Below, in pieces: positions 20,917 through 30,615 of a stretch of 64,000 nt of DNA (its first letter is position 1; the number at the start of each line of letters is the position of its first letter). The position numbers and the translations under genes were made by a program. Source of the stretch: Clostridiaceae bacterium M8S5 (GTDB lineage Bacteria; Bacillota; Clostridia; Tissierellales; MCWD3); contig CP118523.1 in the NCBI GenBank assembly GCA_029227815.1, forward strand, positions 4,395,500-4,459,499, in the 5' to 3' direction. Below the pieces are notes generated by a model. It was not told the origin of the DNA and made no database searches. It was given only the letters and a program-made list of their open reading frames with translations.

Positions 20917-21492
20917 TTGAGTAATATTACAGAGGATAGAATGTATTTTCATAAAGAACAGAAGGTTAATTTACAAGAGTTAAACTGCGATGGTACCATC
21001 TTAGATATAGGCGGTGGTGGAGAAGGCGTAATAGGTAATATATTCAAAGAAAAGGTTATTGCAATTGATCCTAGAAGAGATGAATTAGAAGAAGCTTTAG
21101 AAGGGCCTGTAAAGCTAGTTATGGACGCTAGAAATATGGATTTTCTAGACAATATGTTTGATTATGTTACTTCATTTTTTACACTTATGTATATAGCAAA
21201 GAAAGATCACAAAAAAGTATTGCAGGAGATGTATAGAGTATTAAAACCTAATGGTAAAGTAATGATATGGGATACGTGTATACCTAAACCATTTGTAGAA
21301 GATAAGGATATATATGTCGTGCAATTAGATATATCTACAAAAGATAAGAATATAAAAACTGGGTATGGTACTAAATGGTCTGAAGAAAAAATACAGGATA
21401 TAAGTTACTATATTAAACTATGCGAGGATGTAGGGTTTAGTATTTTAGATAGAAAAGAAGGAGAGATATTCAGTATAGTATTACAAAAATAG
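20917..21492 (+). CDS. Class I SAM-dependent methyltransferase
   Basis: Motif I ILDIGGGGEGVIG; 191 aa; TTG start with an AAAGGGG RBS. Confidence 0.65.
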   Translation: MSNITEDRMYFHKEQKVNLQELNCDGTILDIGGGGEGVIGNIFKEKVIAIDPRRDELEEALEGPVKLVMDARNMDFLDNMFDYVTSFFTLMYIAKKDHKKVLQEMYRVLKPNGKVMIWDTCIPKPFVEDKDIYVVQLDISTKDKNIKTGYGTKWSEEKIQDISYYIKLCEDVGFSILDRKEGEIFSIVLQK

Positions 21493-21504
21493 AACAATAA
21501 AGAC

Positions 21505-21540
21505 AAAGGGACTGTCTATTTTTCCGACAGCCCCTTTTAT
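21505..21540 (+). terminator. Rho-independent terminator (AAGGGACTGTC..GACAGCCCCTTTT)
   Basis: GC-rich imperfect hairpin followed by a T-run. Confidence 0.6.
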
Positions 21541-21563
21541 TAATTTAAAGGAGGTAACTTCAA

Positions 21564-22364
21564 ATGAAAAATAACAATATAAATTGGCAAAAAGAAAGTA
21601 CTCGATTTGATGTTGCATCTGATTATTACGATAAATATCGACCTAGCTATCCTAGTCAAATGATAGAACACCTTTTAAAGTATACAAATATGGTCCCTAC
21701 AAAACAAATATTAGAAATAGGTTCTGGTAGCGGGAAAGCAACAGAACTGTTCGTTAATAGAGGCTATAATTTAACATGTATAGAACAAGGTGTAAACCTT
21801 GTCTCTAAAGGAAACGAAAAGTTTGCTCATACAAATCAAGTCAGTTTTATTAACACTAGATTTGAAGATTGGCATGTATCAAAAAACACTTATGATTTGG
21901 TAATTTCTGCTCAAGCGTTTCACTGGGTTGAAAAACCATTAGGTTTTATTAAGAGTGCAAAAGCCTTGAAACCAAATGGTCATGTTGGGTTATTCTGGAA
22001 TATGTACTATGACGATGAAGATATATCTACAAAGCCACTTATTGATATATGTAAAAAATATGGTGTTGTACCATTTTCAACTCGTAGCAATCTACAGAAA
22101 TTACAACTAATTAACATTAAAGAAATAAATGAAAGCAATGTCTTTAATAAACCTGATGTTTTTGTGTATCCATGGTCTATTATTACAGATTGGCAAGCCT
22201 TTGTAGGCTTTTTAAAAACAGGAAACGGATATATTGCTTTAAAACCTTCCGTTAAAACCCAACTTGAGAACGAATTATTATCAATTTTTAAAGCTTTAGG
22301 TGGAAGTTTTGAGTTTAAATTTAAATGCACACTATATATAGCTCAAAAAAAAATAGCCTCATAA
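21564..22364 (+). CDS. Class I SAM-dependent methyltransferase
   Basis: Motif I ILEIGSGSGKATELF; 266 aa; an AAAGGAGG RBS. Confidence 0.65.
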   Translation: MKNNNINWQKESTRFDVASDYYDKYRPSYPSQMIEHLLKYTNMVPTKQILEIGSGSGKATELFVNRGYNLTCIEQGVNLVSKGNEKFAHTNQVSFINTRFEDWHVSKNTYDLVISAQAFHWVEKPLGFIKSAKALKPNGHVGLFWNMYYDDEDISTKPLIDICKKYGVVPFSTRSNLQKLQLINIKEINESNVFNKPDVFVYPWSIITDWQAFVGFLKTGNGYIALKPSVKTQLENELLSIFKALGGSFEFKFKCTLYIAQKKIAS

Positions 22365-22549
22365 AATGAGGCTATTAGATTGATTACAAAGTCATCAAGA
22401 TAGCAGACTGTGGTAAGAGTTCAAGTTCAAGGCGTGTTAAAATTGAGTAGCACAGCTTACTTAGAGGTAAGTGAGCAACGGAAATTTTGGGACAACGCAG
22501 AAATTGGGCTTTTGTCTACAGTCTGATAGCCTCATAAAAATGAGGCTAT
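22353..22549 (+). repeat. Copy A of a ~148-nt structured repeat element (core 22379-22525), bracketed by two copies of the local terminator hairpin ATAGCCTCATAAA(A)TGAGGCTAT (22353-22375 and 22526-22549)
   Basis: About 90% identical to copy B at 26151-26298 in the same orientation. It has internal stems with compensatory changes, and the flanking hairpin is duplicated on both sides. Confidence 0.7.
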
Positions 22550-22563
22550 TACTTATTCTACTA

Positions 22564-23283
22564 CTACCCTAAATAATCTAATACTTTAGCTATATGTAAA
22601 TCATTTATTAAATACAATATAATGTTATTTGAGTAAAAAAAGTTCCCTATCACTGAACCTTCCATTAACTTTGACAACCACCCATCTGTTGATATAGATA
22701 TAAATGGTGAAAGTATTACAAACATAAACGAAATAAATAATCCTCCTTTAACAACACCAAGAATCATGCCCATCAACTGATTTAGTTGTTTTATACCAGG
22801 TATCTCTGTAAAGCCTTCTATCGCTTTGAATACTATATGTAAAACAATCTTGATTATTATGAACACTAGTAAAATACTAATAACGTTTATAATCAAGTTG
22901 GTAAGTATCAAAGTCAGTTCTGAACCTGTATTTAATCCTGCTCCGCCTACAACACTACTATTACTTGCTATTGAATTCTTTACTTGTGATGGTAAATTAA
23001 CATTATCAAATACATTACTCCCATCTAACATCTTAGCTATTAGTGCATTACTTTTTTTACTTGCAAAATTATATACTGCACTATATATCTTTTCATTTTT
23101 TGCTATCAACACTGCCATATTACTATAAAACTTTTTTGTAATAAGGATTGCTATTATAAATCCAGTAAGCTTAAAAACTTCTGAAACAAATCCCTTGCAA
23201 TAACCTGCTATCATTGAATATAACAGCAAAGCAAGTATTATTATATCTAATGCATTCACTGGCTCCCTCCTATTGTTCTTCAA
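22564..23283 (-). CDS. cvpA: CvpA-family membrane protein
   Basis: N-terminal LDIIILALLLYSMIAGYCKGFV and a multi-TM profile typical of CvpA. Confidence 0.6.
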   Translation of the reverse strand: MKNNRREPVNALDIIILALLLYSMIAGYCKGFVSEVFKLTGFIIAILITKKFYSNMAVLIAKNEKIYSAVYNFASKKSNALIAKMLDGSNVFDNVNLPSQVKNSIASNSSVVGGAGLNTGSELTLILTNLIINVISILLVFIIIKIVLHIVFKAIEGFTEIPGIKQLNQLMGMILGVVKGGLFISFMFVILSPFISISTDGWLSKLMEGSVIGNFFYSNNIILYLINDLHIAKVLDYLG

Positions 23284-24367
23284 TGTATTTGTATTCTAGT
23301 ACTGTACATTTGTTTTGTGCTATTAATACTACTTTATTATTTATCATGTCCATATTTGATATGGATTCTTCATGTGTATATTTATTTACAACCTTTTTTG
23401 AATCCTCTATCATCGCTAAATCTTGTCCATTTATCAAATAAGTAAACTTGTTAGCAAAGACTATGTCATCATACGTTCCTTTTACTTCTACTTTATTTAT
23501 AACATTTCCATTGTACCGAATGTATTTTAGAAAACCTTCTACTATACAACATATTATATTTTTGTTTTTGTCTATTTCCACATATGAATCTTCATCAATT
23601 TCTTTACTCCAAACTACTGATTCTTTACTTATTCTCCCATAAGTCTTGTCAGAAACATATATTAGATTTTCTCTATCTATAAAACTTATGTCATATACAA
23701 ACTCGCCATCAAACTCCTTTGAGAATATCAATTTACCATTTATATCAAATGCATAAACATAACTTTTGACTTTATTGTCAAACATCTCAATTGATATACA
23801 GGCATACTCTCTATACTTATTAGACACCTCTATGTTTAAGGCAGTTCCTTTTTCCAGCATATTATTTGAAACTAGTTTACCAGAGCTATCTACTATATTG
23901 ATTCTTGATTTCTGTGATAGATTTTGTGATAGTATAATTAAATTTCCATCCTCTTCTCCAATATTCAATATTGCGTTCTTAGGCTCATATTTCCAAATTA
24001 TCTGTCCATTGATGTTCAATGCGTTGATTTGTCCACTATCACTATCTGCTACATAAATCTTGTCTTTTCCTAAATGCACTAGGGGATTTAAATAAGCTAT
24101 AGTTTTACTCCATATTTTTTTCCCAGTATAATCTAAGAGTGTTACTTTATTATTTGAATAATATGCTATCCCTTTATTATAAAATCTAGACTTATCAGGG
24201 TTCACTTCATTTATTTCAAAACTATTAATTGGTACTATTTCTACATCCAAACTAGAAAATACTTTTTTTATTTTGTCCATCTTAAAAATAGCTATTATTA
24301 TAACTGCTAGGATTAATACTGTCAAAAACTTGTAATTTACTTTTCTTACCCTCATATTATCCTCCAA
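23270..24367 (-). CDS. Membrane-anchored protein with beta-propeller-like repeats (uncharacterised)
   Basis: N-terminal TM helix, then repeated segments such as IYVADSDSGQINALNINGQIIWKY. No catalytic motif was recognised. Confidence 0.3.
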   Translation of the reverse strand: MEDNMRVRKVNYKFLTVLILAVIIIAIFKMDKIKKVFSSLDVEIVPINSFEINEVNPDKSRFYNKGIAYYSNNKVTLLDYTGKKIWSKTIAYLNPLVHLGKDKIYVADSDSGQINALNINGQIIWKYEPKNAILNIGEEDGNLIILSQNLSQKSRINIVDSSGKLVSNNMLEKGTALNIEVSNKYREYACISIEMFDNKVKSYVYAFDINGKLIFSKEFDGEFVYDISFIDRENLIYVSDKTYGRISKESVVWSKEIDEDSYVEIDKNKNIICCIVEGFLKYIRYNGNVINKVEVKGTYDDIVFANKFTYLINGQDLAMIEDSKKVVNKYTHEESISNMDMINNKVVLIAQNKCTVLEYKYIEEQ

Positions 24368-24392
24368 AGTTAACTTGTAATATCTTATATTA

Positions 24393-25442
24393 TTATATAT
24401 TCTTTAATCTAGAGTGTAAATCTCTAAATACTATAGTTACTATCAATATCACTCCAACATACCCTAAAACAGGATACAAAAGTTCAACTAGTGTAGAAAA
24501 TCCAAACTGAGATAATGGTATCGCACTTATACAAAATATAAATGAAACTACATATATGTTTAAATCCAATATCTGAGCAAATCTCTTAACAAATCCAAAT
24601 GCATTACCTATAGCTGTTGTAAACATTGCTATCAATAAAACCATACTATATGTATATTCTGCAAACCTCCCGAGTCTTCCTGCTACTAAGAGCATTGGAA
24701 TTTCAACTCCCTGCAAATCATTATTAAACATCATAAGTGGTATTATTATAAACAAGCTCATTATAAATAAAATAATCCCACTCATGATACCTGCCTTTAT
24801 CGCTATCTTTTTGTTTGGTATTATGTCTAATGTAGCTCCAAGTACTACCATTGAAGGTATGCTGTTATAACTAACATACAATATCGATGAAAATAACCAA
24901 CTCTTTTTCATATCTTCTGCACCATAAAAATTACTATAGTACATTTTTCCTTGACTACTGATAATATATATTGATATAGCAATTATAGCTACCACTAAAA
25001 TTGGTATTAGTAATGTATTGGCCTTAGCTAATCCTTCAACATTGTTAATTAGCACTATAAAGACAGCTATAGACATCAAATAAATCCCCATTTGAGGGCT
25101 ACACTTTAACAGTTGCATTGTTATAGCTCCAGATCCCGCAAGCATAACACAATATATAATATATAAAAATGACAATACTGCTATTTCAAATATCCCAATC
25201 AAATTCTTTCCCAATAAAGGATTAATCAACTGAGCAAAACTTCTTGCTCTAGCTTCATACGTCTTTATCAATACTACACTTCCTATTATCATAAAAAAAA
25301 CTGAGGAAATTATTGCTCCAATCAATCCTCTATATCCATGTATTGAAAAGAAATCCATTAGTTCTTTTCCAGAGGCAAACCCTGCTCCAACTACACTCCC
25401 TACATATATACAACTTAGCTTAATCCATCCTTTATTGTGCAT
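24393..25442 (-). CDS. YkvI-family polytopic membrane protein (transporter-like)
   Basis: N-terminal IYVGSVVGAGFASGKELMDFF matches the YkvI signature; ~11 TM segments. Confidence 0.6.
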   Translation of the reverse strand: MHNKGWIKLSCIYVGSVVGAGFASGKELMDFFSIHGYRGLIGAIISSVFFMIIGSVVLIKTYEARARSFAQLINPLLGKNLIGIFEIAVLSFLYIIYCVMLAGSGAITMQLLKCSPQMGIYLMSIAVFIVLINNVEGLAKANTLLIPILVVAIIAISIYIISSQGKMYYSNFYGAEDMKKSWLFSSILYVSYNSIPSMVVLGATLDIIPNKKIAIKAGIMSGIILFIMSLFIIIPLMMFNNDLQGVEIPMLLVAGRLGRFAEYTYSMVLLIAMFTTAIGNAFGFVKRFAQILDLNIYVVSFIFCISAIPLSQFGFSTLVELLYPVLGYVGVILIVTIVFRDLHSRLKNI

Positions 25443-25691
25443 TTTACTCCTCCATTACATTATAATACTAAGAGTATATTATTTGAATTTTTTAGTTATT
25501 ACATTTTGATTACATTTGTGCTTAATTAGGTAGAATATATTATTATTGCTTTTAGACAAAGGAATATCGTTAATCTTATCGAACTATATAAGTATAATCA
25601 GAACAAAATATATTATGAAGGGAGTGAAAGTTATCAAGTTCGAAGATTAGTACATAGATCGTACATAGTACTAATTAACCTTGGTAACTAT

Positions 25692-26075
25692 ATGATTATG
25701 AATTCTGTGGAGCAAGCTGTTTCTAAATATTTTGAGGATTGCAACAAAGGGTGTAACAATATTGTATCTTGCGAAATGCTAGACGAATTGATGGACAATA
25801 ATAAGGAAGACTTATTTATTTTAGACATAAGAAAAGCAGAAGATTTTAAAAAAGGACACATTGATAGTGCTATAAATATTTTTTGGTATGAGTTAGGTGA
25901 ATGTATAGATGTCTTACCAAAAGACAAAAAAATTATAGTTGTTTGCTACTCTGGTCAATCTGCAGGGCAAGTAGTTTCATTGTTAAAAATATTAGGATAT
26001 GATGCATGTTCATTAAAGGGTGGTATGTTGAACGGGTGGTTACAAAGTTCTCTCCCTATTAAAGAGGGCTGCTGA
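25692..26075 (+). CDS. Rhodanese-like (sulfurtransferase) single-domain protein
   Basis: Active-site loop CYSGQSAGQ; 127 aa. Confidence 0.7.
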   Translation: MIMNSVEQAVSKYFEDCNKGCNNIVSCEMLDELMDNNKEDLFILDIRKAEDFKKGHIDSAINIFWYELGECIDVLPKDKKIIVVCYSGQSAGQVVSLLKILGYDACSLKGGMLNGWLQSSLPIKEGC

Positions 26076-26118
26076 GACTAAACTACTTCTCTAGTTTAGA
26101 GAAATTAGTAAAACACTA

Positions 26119-26326
26119 AGAGGATGGCTTATATTAAGCCATCTTCTTAGGTTGATGACAAAGTCATCAAGATAGCAGACTTTAGTAAAAGTTCAATTTC
26201 AAGGCGTGTTAAAATTGAGTAGCAGAGCTTACTTAGAGGTAAGTGAGCAACGGAAATTTTAACAACAACGCAAAAATTGGGCTTTTGTCTAAAGTCTGAG
26301 AGGATGGCTTATATTAAGCCACCCTA
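26119..26326 (+). repeat. Copy B of the ~148-nt structured repeat element (core 26151-26298), bracketed by two copies of a different local hairpin GAGGATGGCTTATATTAAGCCA (26119-26146 and 26299-26326)
   Basis: Same element as copy A; here the flanking duplicated hairpin is specific to this locus. Confidence 0.7.
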
Positions 26327-26840
26327 TTGGATATTAATTACTAGCGTTTTGCAAAATAATATCTTGTATATCTAATAATAGGTGGTGGTTTCTTTCATTA
26401 TATCGGGCTATATCATCACTAATAGTATTTTCTGGGCAATACTTATAACATGCAAGACAGTTTTGACTGATTTTAAAGCTATTGTCGTATAGTTGTCTAA
26501 AATATCTATATCAAATACAGCTTCTTTGAAATTACGGATAAACCGAACTATACTTTTGCAACAATTTATAACTAAAAACATAGCATTTGAATCTAAAGAC
26601 GACAATGATATTTATATTATATAAAATATCATATATATTTTTATATTAAATATCCGAATATCTTTGAGTCTTTATTTTTTAAATAGAACGGAAAAAATCA
26701 TTGAATTTTTAATTTTAGAACGACTAAAGTGCTTAGCTCCGTTTAAATATCGAAACCAAGCACTCGTGTATTAAATTTTAATTAATTGATTGTCCACTTG
26801 ACAAAACCCATTTCAACTAATGAATGTTATCTTAATCTTA

Positions 26841-27575
26841 TTACTTGCTTAACATCATAGCAGCTTCTCTGTCTAATATAACAGTTACATCTGGATGTAG
26901 TTGTAATATCGAAGCTGGTACTTCTGGTGTGATATCTCCTTTTACTGCACTATATATAGCATGTGCCTTACTTTCTCCACTCGCTAGTAGTACTATCTTT
27001 TTTGCTTTCATTATAGATTTTATACCCATACTTATTGCTTTTTTAGGAACTTCATCTACCGAACTAAAGAATCTCGCATTTGCGTTAATTGTATCTTCTT
27101 TTAAGTTGACTAGATGTGTCTCACCAACAAATTTGCTATCTGGTTCATTAAAGCCAATATGACCATTCTGCCCTATACCTAATACCTGGATATCTATCCC
27201 TCCATGTTTATTAATGATTTGATCATAGTATTTACAAGCTTGATCTAGATCTTCAATCTTTGAACTTGGTATAAAAGTATTCTCTTTTTTGATATTAATA
27301 TGTTTAAAGAAATTCTCATTCATATAGTAGTTATAACTTTGACTATTATCTTTATTTATTCCGTAGTATTCATCTAAATTAAAAGATAACACATTACTAA
27401 AGTCAACATCTCCTCTTTTATATGCTTTCACTAATTCTTTATACATACCCAATGGAGTAGAGCCAGTAGCTAACCCTAAAACACTATTAGGCTTTAATAC
27501 TACACAACTCATAATAATACTAGCTGCTTTTTTGCTCATCTCTTCATAATTATCTACAATTATTATATTCATCAA
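26841..27575 (-). CDS. nagB: Glucosamine-6-phosphate deaminase
   Basis: N-terminal MNIIIVDNYEEMSKKAA, GLATGSTP and GIGQNGHIGFNEP motifs; 244 aa. Confidence 0.9.
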   Translation of the reverse strand: MMNIIIVDNYEEMSKKAASIIMSCVVLKPNSVLGLATGSTPLGMYKELVKAYKRGDVDFSNVLSFNLDEYYGINKDNSQSYNYYMNENFFKHINIKKENTFIPSSKIEDLDQACKYYDQIINKHGGIDIQVLGIGQNGHIGFNEPDSKFVGETHLVNLKEDTINANARFFSSVDEVPKKAISMGIKSIMKAKKIVLLASGESKAHAIYSAVKGDITPEVPASILQLHPDVTVILDREAAMMLSK

Positions 27576-27583
27576 ATTCCTCC

Positions 27584-28741
27584 CTAAAGCTGTCCTTTAT
27601 AAACAATATTTCCATTTACTATAGTTTTAAATATGTTTAAATCTTCATTAAAAATCACTATATCTGCATCCTTATTTTTAGATAAGCTTCCTTTAAATTT
27701 ATCCACACCAATAGCTCGAGCTGGATTTGATGTGGCCATTCTAACTACTTCATACAAACTTAATGATGTATTATTATAAATATTCCTTACAGCATCATTC
27801 ATTCTAAGTATACTTCCTGCCAGAGTTCCATCCTGTAATCTAGCTGAATTACTATCAACTATAACCTTTTGTCCTCCAAGGTCATATTCGCCACTACCTA
27901 AACCTCCTGCTCTCATAGAGTCAGTTATAAGTACTACTTTATCAATACCTTTTATATCGCAAAACATTTGATATAAACCTGGATGTACATGTATATTATC
28001 TGCTATCAATTCACATGTTACATCACTGGATAGTGCTGCTCCAACTACACCCGGCTCTCTGTGATGTAAGGGCGTCATAGCATTGAACATATGAGTTATA
28101 TGATTAACTCCATGTTTAAAAGATTCCAATGCCTTATCAAATGTTGCATTCGTATGGCCGATAGATACTGTAATATTTTTATATGTTTCTTTAACTTTTG
28201 ATAAAAATTCAAACTCAATGTCTAATTCAGGTGCTATAACTATAATCTTTATAATGTCCAAATACTCCTGTATCAAATCAAATTCAGGTCTAATTATATA
28301 CTTTGCATCTTGTGCACCTTTATATACATCACTAATAAAAGGCCCTTCTAAATGAGCTCCTAATATATTAGCTCCTTTGTGCTCTAAACTCATACACTTC
28401 TTTATATTATTTAAAGCAAGCTCTATATTTGCTCTACTCATTGTCATAGTTGTAGGCAGAAATGATGTAACACCTGATTTAGTTATATTTCTACCCATCT
28501 CTAACATAGACTCTTCATCTGCATCCATCGTATCCTTACCTGCACTACCATGAATATGAATATCAATAAATCCAGGAGAAACATAATTGTTTTTAGCATC
28601 AATGATATCCACATTTTCTAAATTTGCTTTGTCTTTATCCACAATATCTTTAATTTTATCATCAAAAAAAATTACTTTATCTTCATCTATTCTATCTTTT
28701 AATATAAGTTTGCCCTTAATGATAGCTTTCAAGTTTTTCAC
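27584..28741 (-). CDS. nagA: N-acetylglucosamine-6-phosphate deacetylase
   Basis: Amidohydrolase motifs: HIHG near the N-terminus and GAHLEGPF; 385 aa. Confidence 0.9.
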   Translation of the reverse strand: MKNLKAIIKGKLILKDRIDEDKVIFFDDKIKDIVDKDKANLENVDIIDAKNNYVSPGFIDIHIHGSAGKDTMDADEESMLEMGRNITKSGVTSFLPTTMTMSRANIELALNNIKKCMSLEHKGANILGAHLEGPFISDVYKGAQDAKYIIRPEFDLIQEYLDIIKIIVIAPELDIEFEFLSKVKETYKNITVSIGHTNATFDKALESFKHGVNHITHMFNAMTPLHHREPGVVGAALSSDVTCELIADNIHVHPGLYQMFCDIKGIDKVVLITDSMRAGGLGSGEYDLGGQKVIVDSNSARLQDGTLAGSILRMNDAVRNIYNNTSLSLYEVVRMATSNPARAIGVDKFKGSLSKNKDADIVIFNEDLNIFKTIVNGNIVYKGQL

Positions 28742-28746
28742 CTTCT

Positions 28747-29487
28747 TTATGCTTTTAACGTAACCTCATATTTATATCTATCACTTCTATATATAGCTCT
28801 AACATACTCAATTGGTCTACCTGCCTCTAAATAAGTAATACCCGTAAATAATAACTGCATAGATTCTTCATCAATATTTAAAAGCTCACTTTCATATTCA
28901 TTGACCTTGATTGGTTCTATAGTTTGTTTTGCATGACTAAATACAAAATCATATCTCTCTTTAAATATCTGATATAGTGATTTATTTAATAGCATTTCTT
29001 CCGTTAAGTCTGAACACAAATTAAATGGTATATACACGGTTTCTATTAGAAAAGGTTCGCCCTCTACCATCCTTAATCTCTTGATTTCAAAGACTTTTTC
29101 ATCATCTTTAATTTCTAATGCTTTTTTGATTTTATTAGTTGTATCAACAATTTTAAATGATAGTTCCTTGGTATTTGTTTTTAGCCCTTTTTCCTCCATT
29201 TGCTCAGTAAACCCTTTTAGTTGAAATATATTATGTCTTTTTTTTGGCTCTGATACAAACGTACCTTTCCCTTGCTCTCTATATAATACTCCTTCATTTA
29301 CAAGTGCCATTACTGCTCTTCGTGCAGTCATCCTACTTACATTATACATTTGGCACAATTCTCTTTCAGGAGGTATATTATCGCCAGGTTTATATAAATC
29401 ATTGTCAATCATCTCATTAAGTAACTCTTTTAACTGATAGTAAAGTGGTAACGGATTTTGTCTAGATACAGTTTTCAAACTCATCAC
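28747..29487 (-). CDS. GntR/HutC-family transcriptional regulator with a UTRA domain (NagR/YvoA-like)
   Basis: N-terminal wHTH (LPLYYQLKELL..GDNIPPERELCQMYNVSRMTARRA) and its position heading the nagA-nagB operon. Confidence 0.75.
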   Translation of the reverse strand: MMSLKTVSRQNPLPLYYQLKELLNEMIDNDLYKPGDNIPPERELCQMYNVSRMTARRAVMALVNEGVLYREQGKGTFVSEPKKRHNIFQLKGFTEQMEEKGLKTNTKELSFKIVDTTNKIKKALEIKDDEKVFEIKRLRMVEGEPFLIETVYIPFNLCSDLTEEMLLNKSLYQIFKERYDFVFSHAKQTIEPIKVNEYESELLNIDEESMQLLFTGITYLEAGRPIEYVRAIYRSDRYKYEVTLKA

Positions 29488-29584
29488 CTCTATTGTTATA
29501 TTGTTATGTTGTATATACCAATTTTAATCCAAATATTTATTAATGTCAAATAGTTTTATGCATATTAACTTAGATTTGTTAGTT

Positions 29585-30451
29585 CTATTTTTTTAATAAA
29601 TTATTTTCTTTTATAGAATAGAGATAAGCTCTTTCAAAGTCTTGTCTCTTAGAGTACACTTCACGCAGTCTGCTATAAATATCTAATAGTAATATCTCAT
29701 TGGCTGTATCTGATAAATAATCTTTGCTTAATTTCAAAAAACTCAAATATTCATTTTCATCATATTCCTTTGCAAAGATAGCTCTAATATAATAGTACTT
29801 ACCTTTCCAAAAACCTTCTAACCTATTTACTTCTATATCTTGTATAAGCTCTCTTGCTTTTTTTATCTTATCCTTCTTTAAGAATATCTCTGCTTTGATT
29901 ATTTTGTCTATACTACTCAAACAAAAACTCTCTATTTCTTGTGATATTTCTGCTTGTAACGTATTATATTCCTCATTAGATTCACATAATCCAATAGTGC
30001 CTAATTTAATATCTATAATATGTTCTCTAGGTACATATTCCATCTGTTCTGCCATCTGTTTAGCTTTATTATAAAGCTCAATAGACTCCTGCCCGTGTAC
30101 CTGTTTAGCACATTCAATATAGGCTTTTTGCAAAATTATATAGCTATTACTGTTCATTTTGTTTTCTTCATTTTCTAGCATATCTATTATAGTTCTATAC
30201 TTATGTTTTGATACCAATTCCTTAAGTTTATTTTTTTTATCTATACTTTCTTCCTTATATGCATCTAGGAAATAACTGACTTTTTGATCGAGCACTGATG
30301 CTAAATACTCAATAGTTTTAATTGAAGGCATAGCGACATCATTCTCTATTTTGCTTAACATATTTCTTGTAATAAAGTTTCCTGCTACTTCTGATTGAGT
30401 CATTTTTAATCTCAATCTAGCTTCTCTAACTCTTTTACCTATAGTATCCAA
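29585..30451 (-). CDS. XRE-family HTH regulator with a C-terminal helical-repeat (TPR-like) domain; RNPP/PlcR-like architecture
   Basis: N-terminal HTH (IGKRVREARLRLKMTQSEVAG..SKIEND) and a ~220-aa alpha-helical C-terminal domain; 288 aa. Confidence 0.6.
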   Translation of the reverse strand: MDTIGKRVREARLRLKMTQSEVAGNFITRNMLSKIENDVAMPSIKTIEYLASVLDQKVSYFLDAYKEESIDKKNKLKELVSKHKYRTIIDMLENEENKMNSNSYIILQKAYIECAKQVHGQESIELYNKAKQMAEQMEYVPREHIIDIKLGTIGLCESNEEYNTLQAEISQEIESFCLSSIDKIIKAEIFLKKDKIKKARELIQDIEVNRLEGFWKGKYYYIRAIFAKEYDENEYLSFLKLSKDYLSDTANEILLLDIYSRLREVYSKRQDFERAYLYSIKENNLLKK

Positions 30452-30477
30452 TGCCTATCTCCCCTCTATTATTTCAT

Positions 30478-30596
30478 GTGAATTATATTCACCCTCTTTG
30501 TATATTAGTATAGCATTATTGTAAATAATAATCAAATTCTCTAACTTGACATCAAGAAATAAATGGTATATCATGTAATAGTGAATATAATTCACT
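30478..30596. promoter_or_regulatory. Two palindromic operator-like sites, TGTGAATTATATTCAC (30478-30493) and AGTGAATATAATTCACT (30580-30596), in the divergent intergenic region. A TTGACA -35 element lies at 30546-30551.
   Basis: Near-identical GTGAAT-N3/4-ATTCAC inverted repeats seen directly; one lies just upstream of the XRE gene start and one at the nfeD promoter/RBS. Confidence 0.5.
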
Positions 30597-30615
30597 ATTT
30601 GGAGGTGTTAATATT

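Noticed and set aside
22379-22525. Considered retron msr/msd, IS200/605 omega-RNA or riboswitch identity for the 148-nt structured element
   Set aside because: No reverse transcriptase, TnpB or IscB gene nearby. The element lies 3' of genes between terminators, not in a 5' leader. Its identity is left open as a MITE-like or structured sRNA element.
26408-26605. 65-aa ORF inside the ~510-bp non-coding interval (26327-26840) downstream of nagB
   Set aside because: No RBS, an implausible composition, and it sits in an AT-rich intergenic region. Some local stems exist (AACGGA/TCCGTT, AGTGCTT/AAGCACT), but nothing convincing enough to call an RNA gene.
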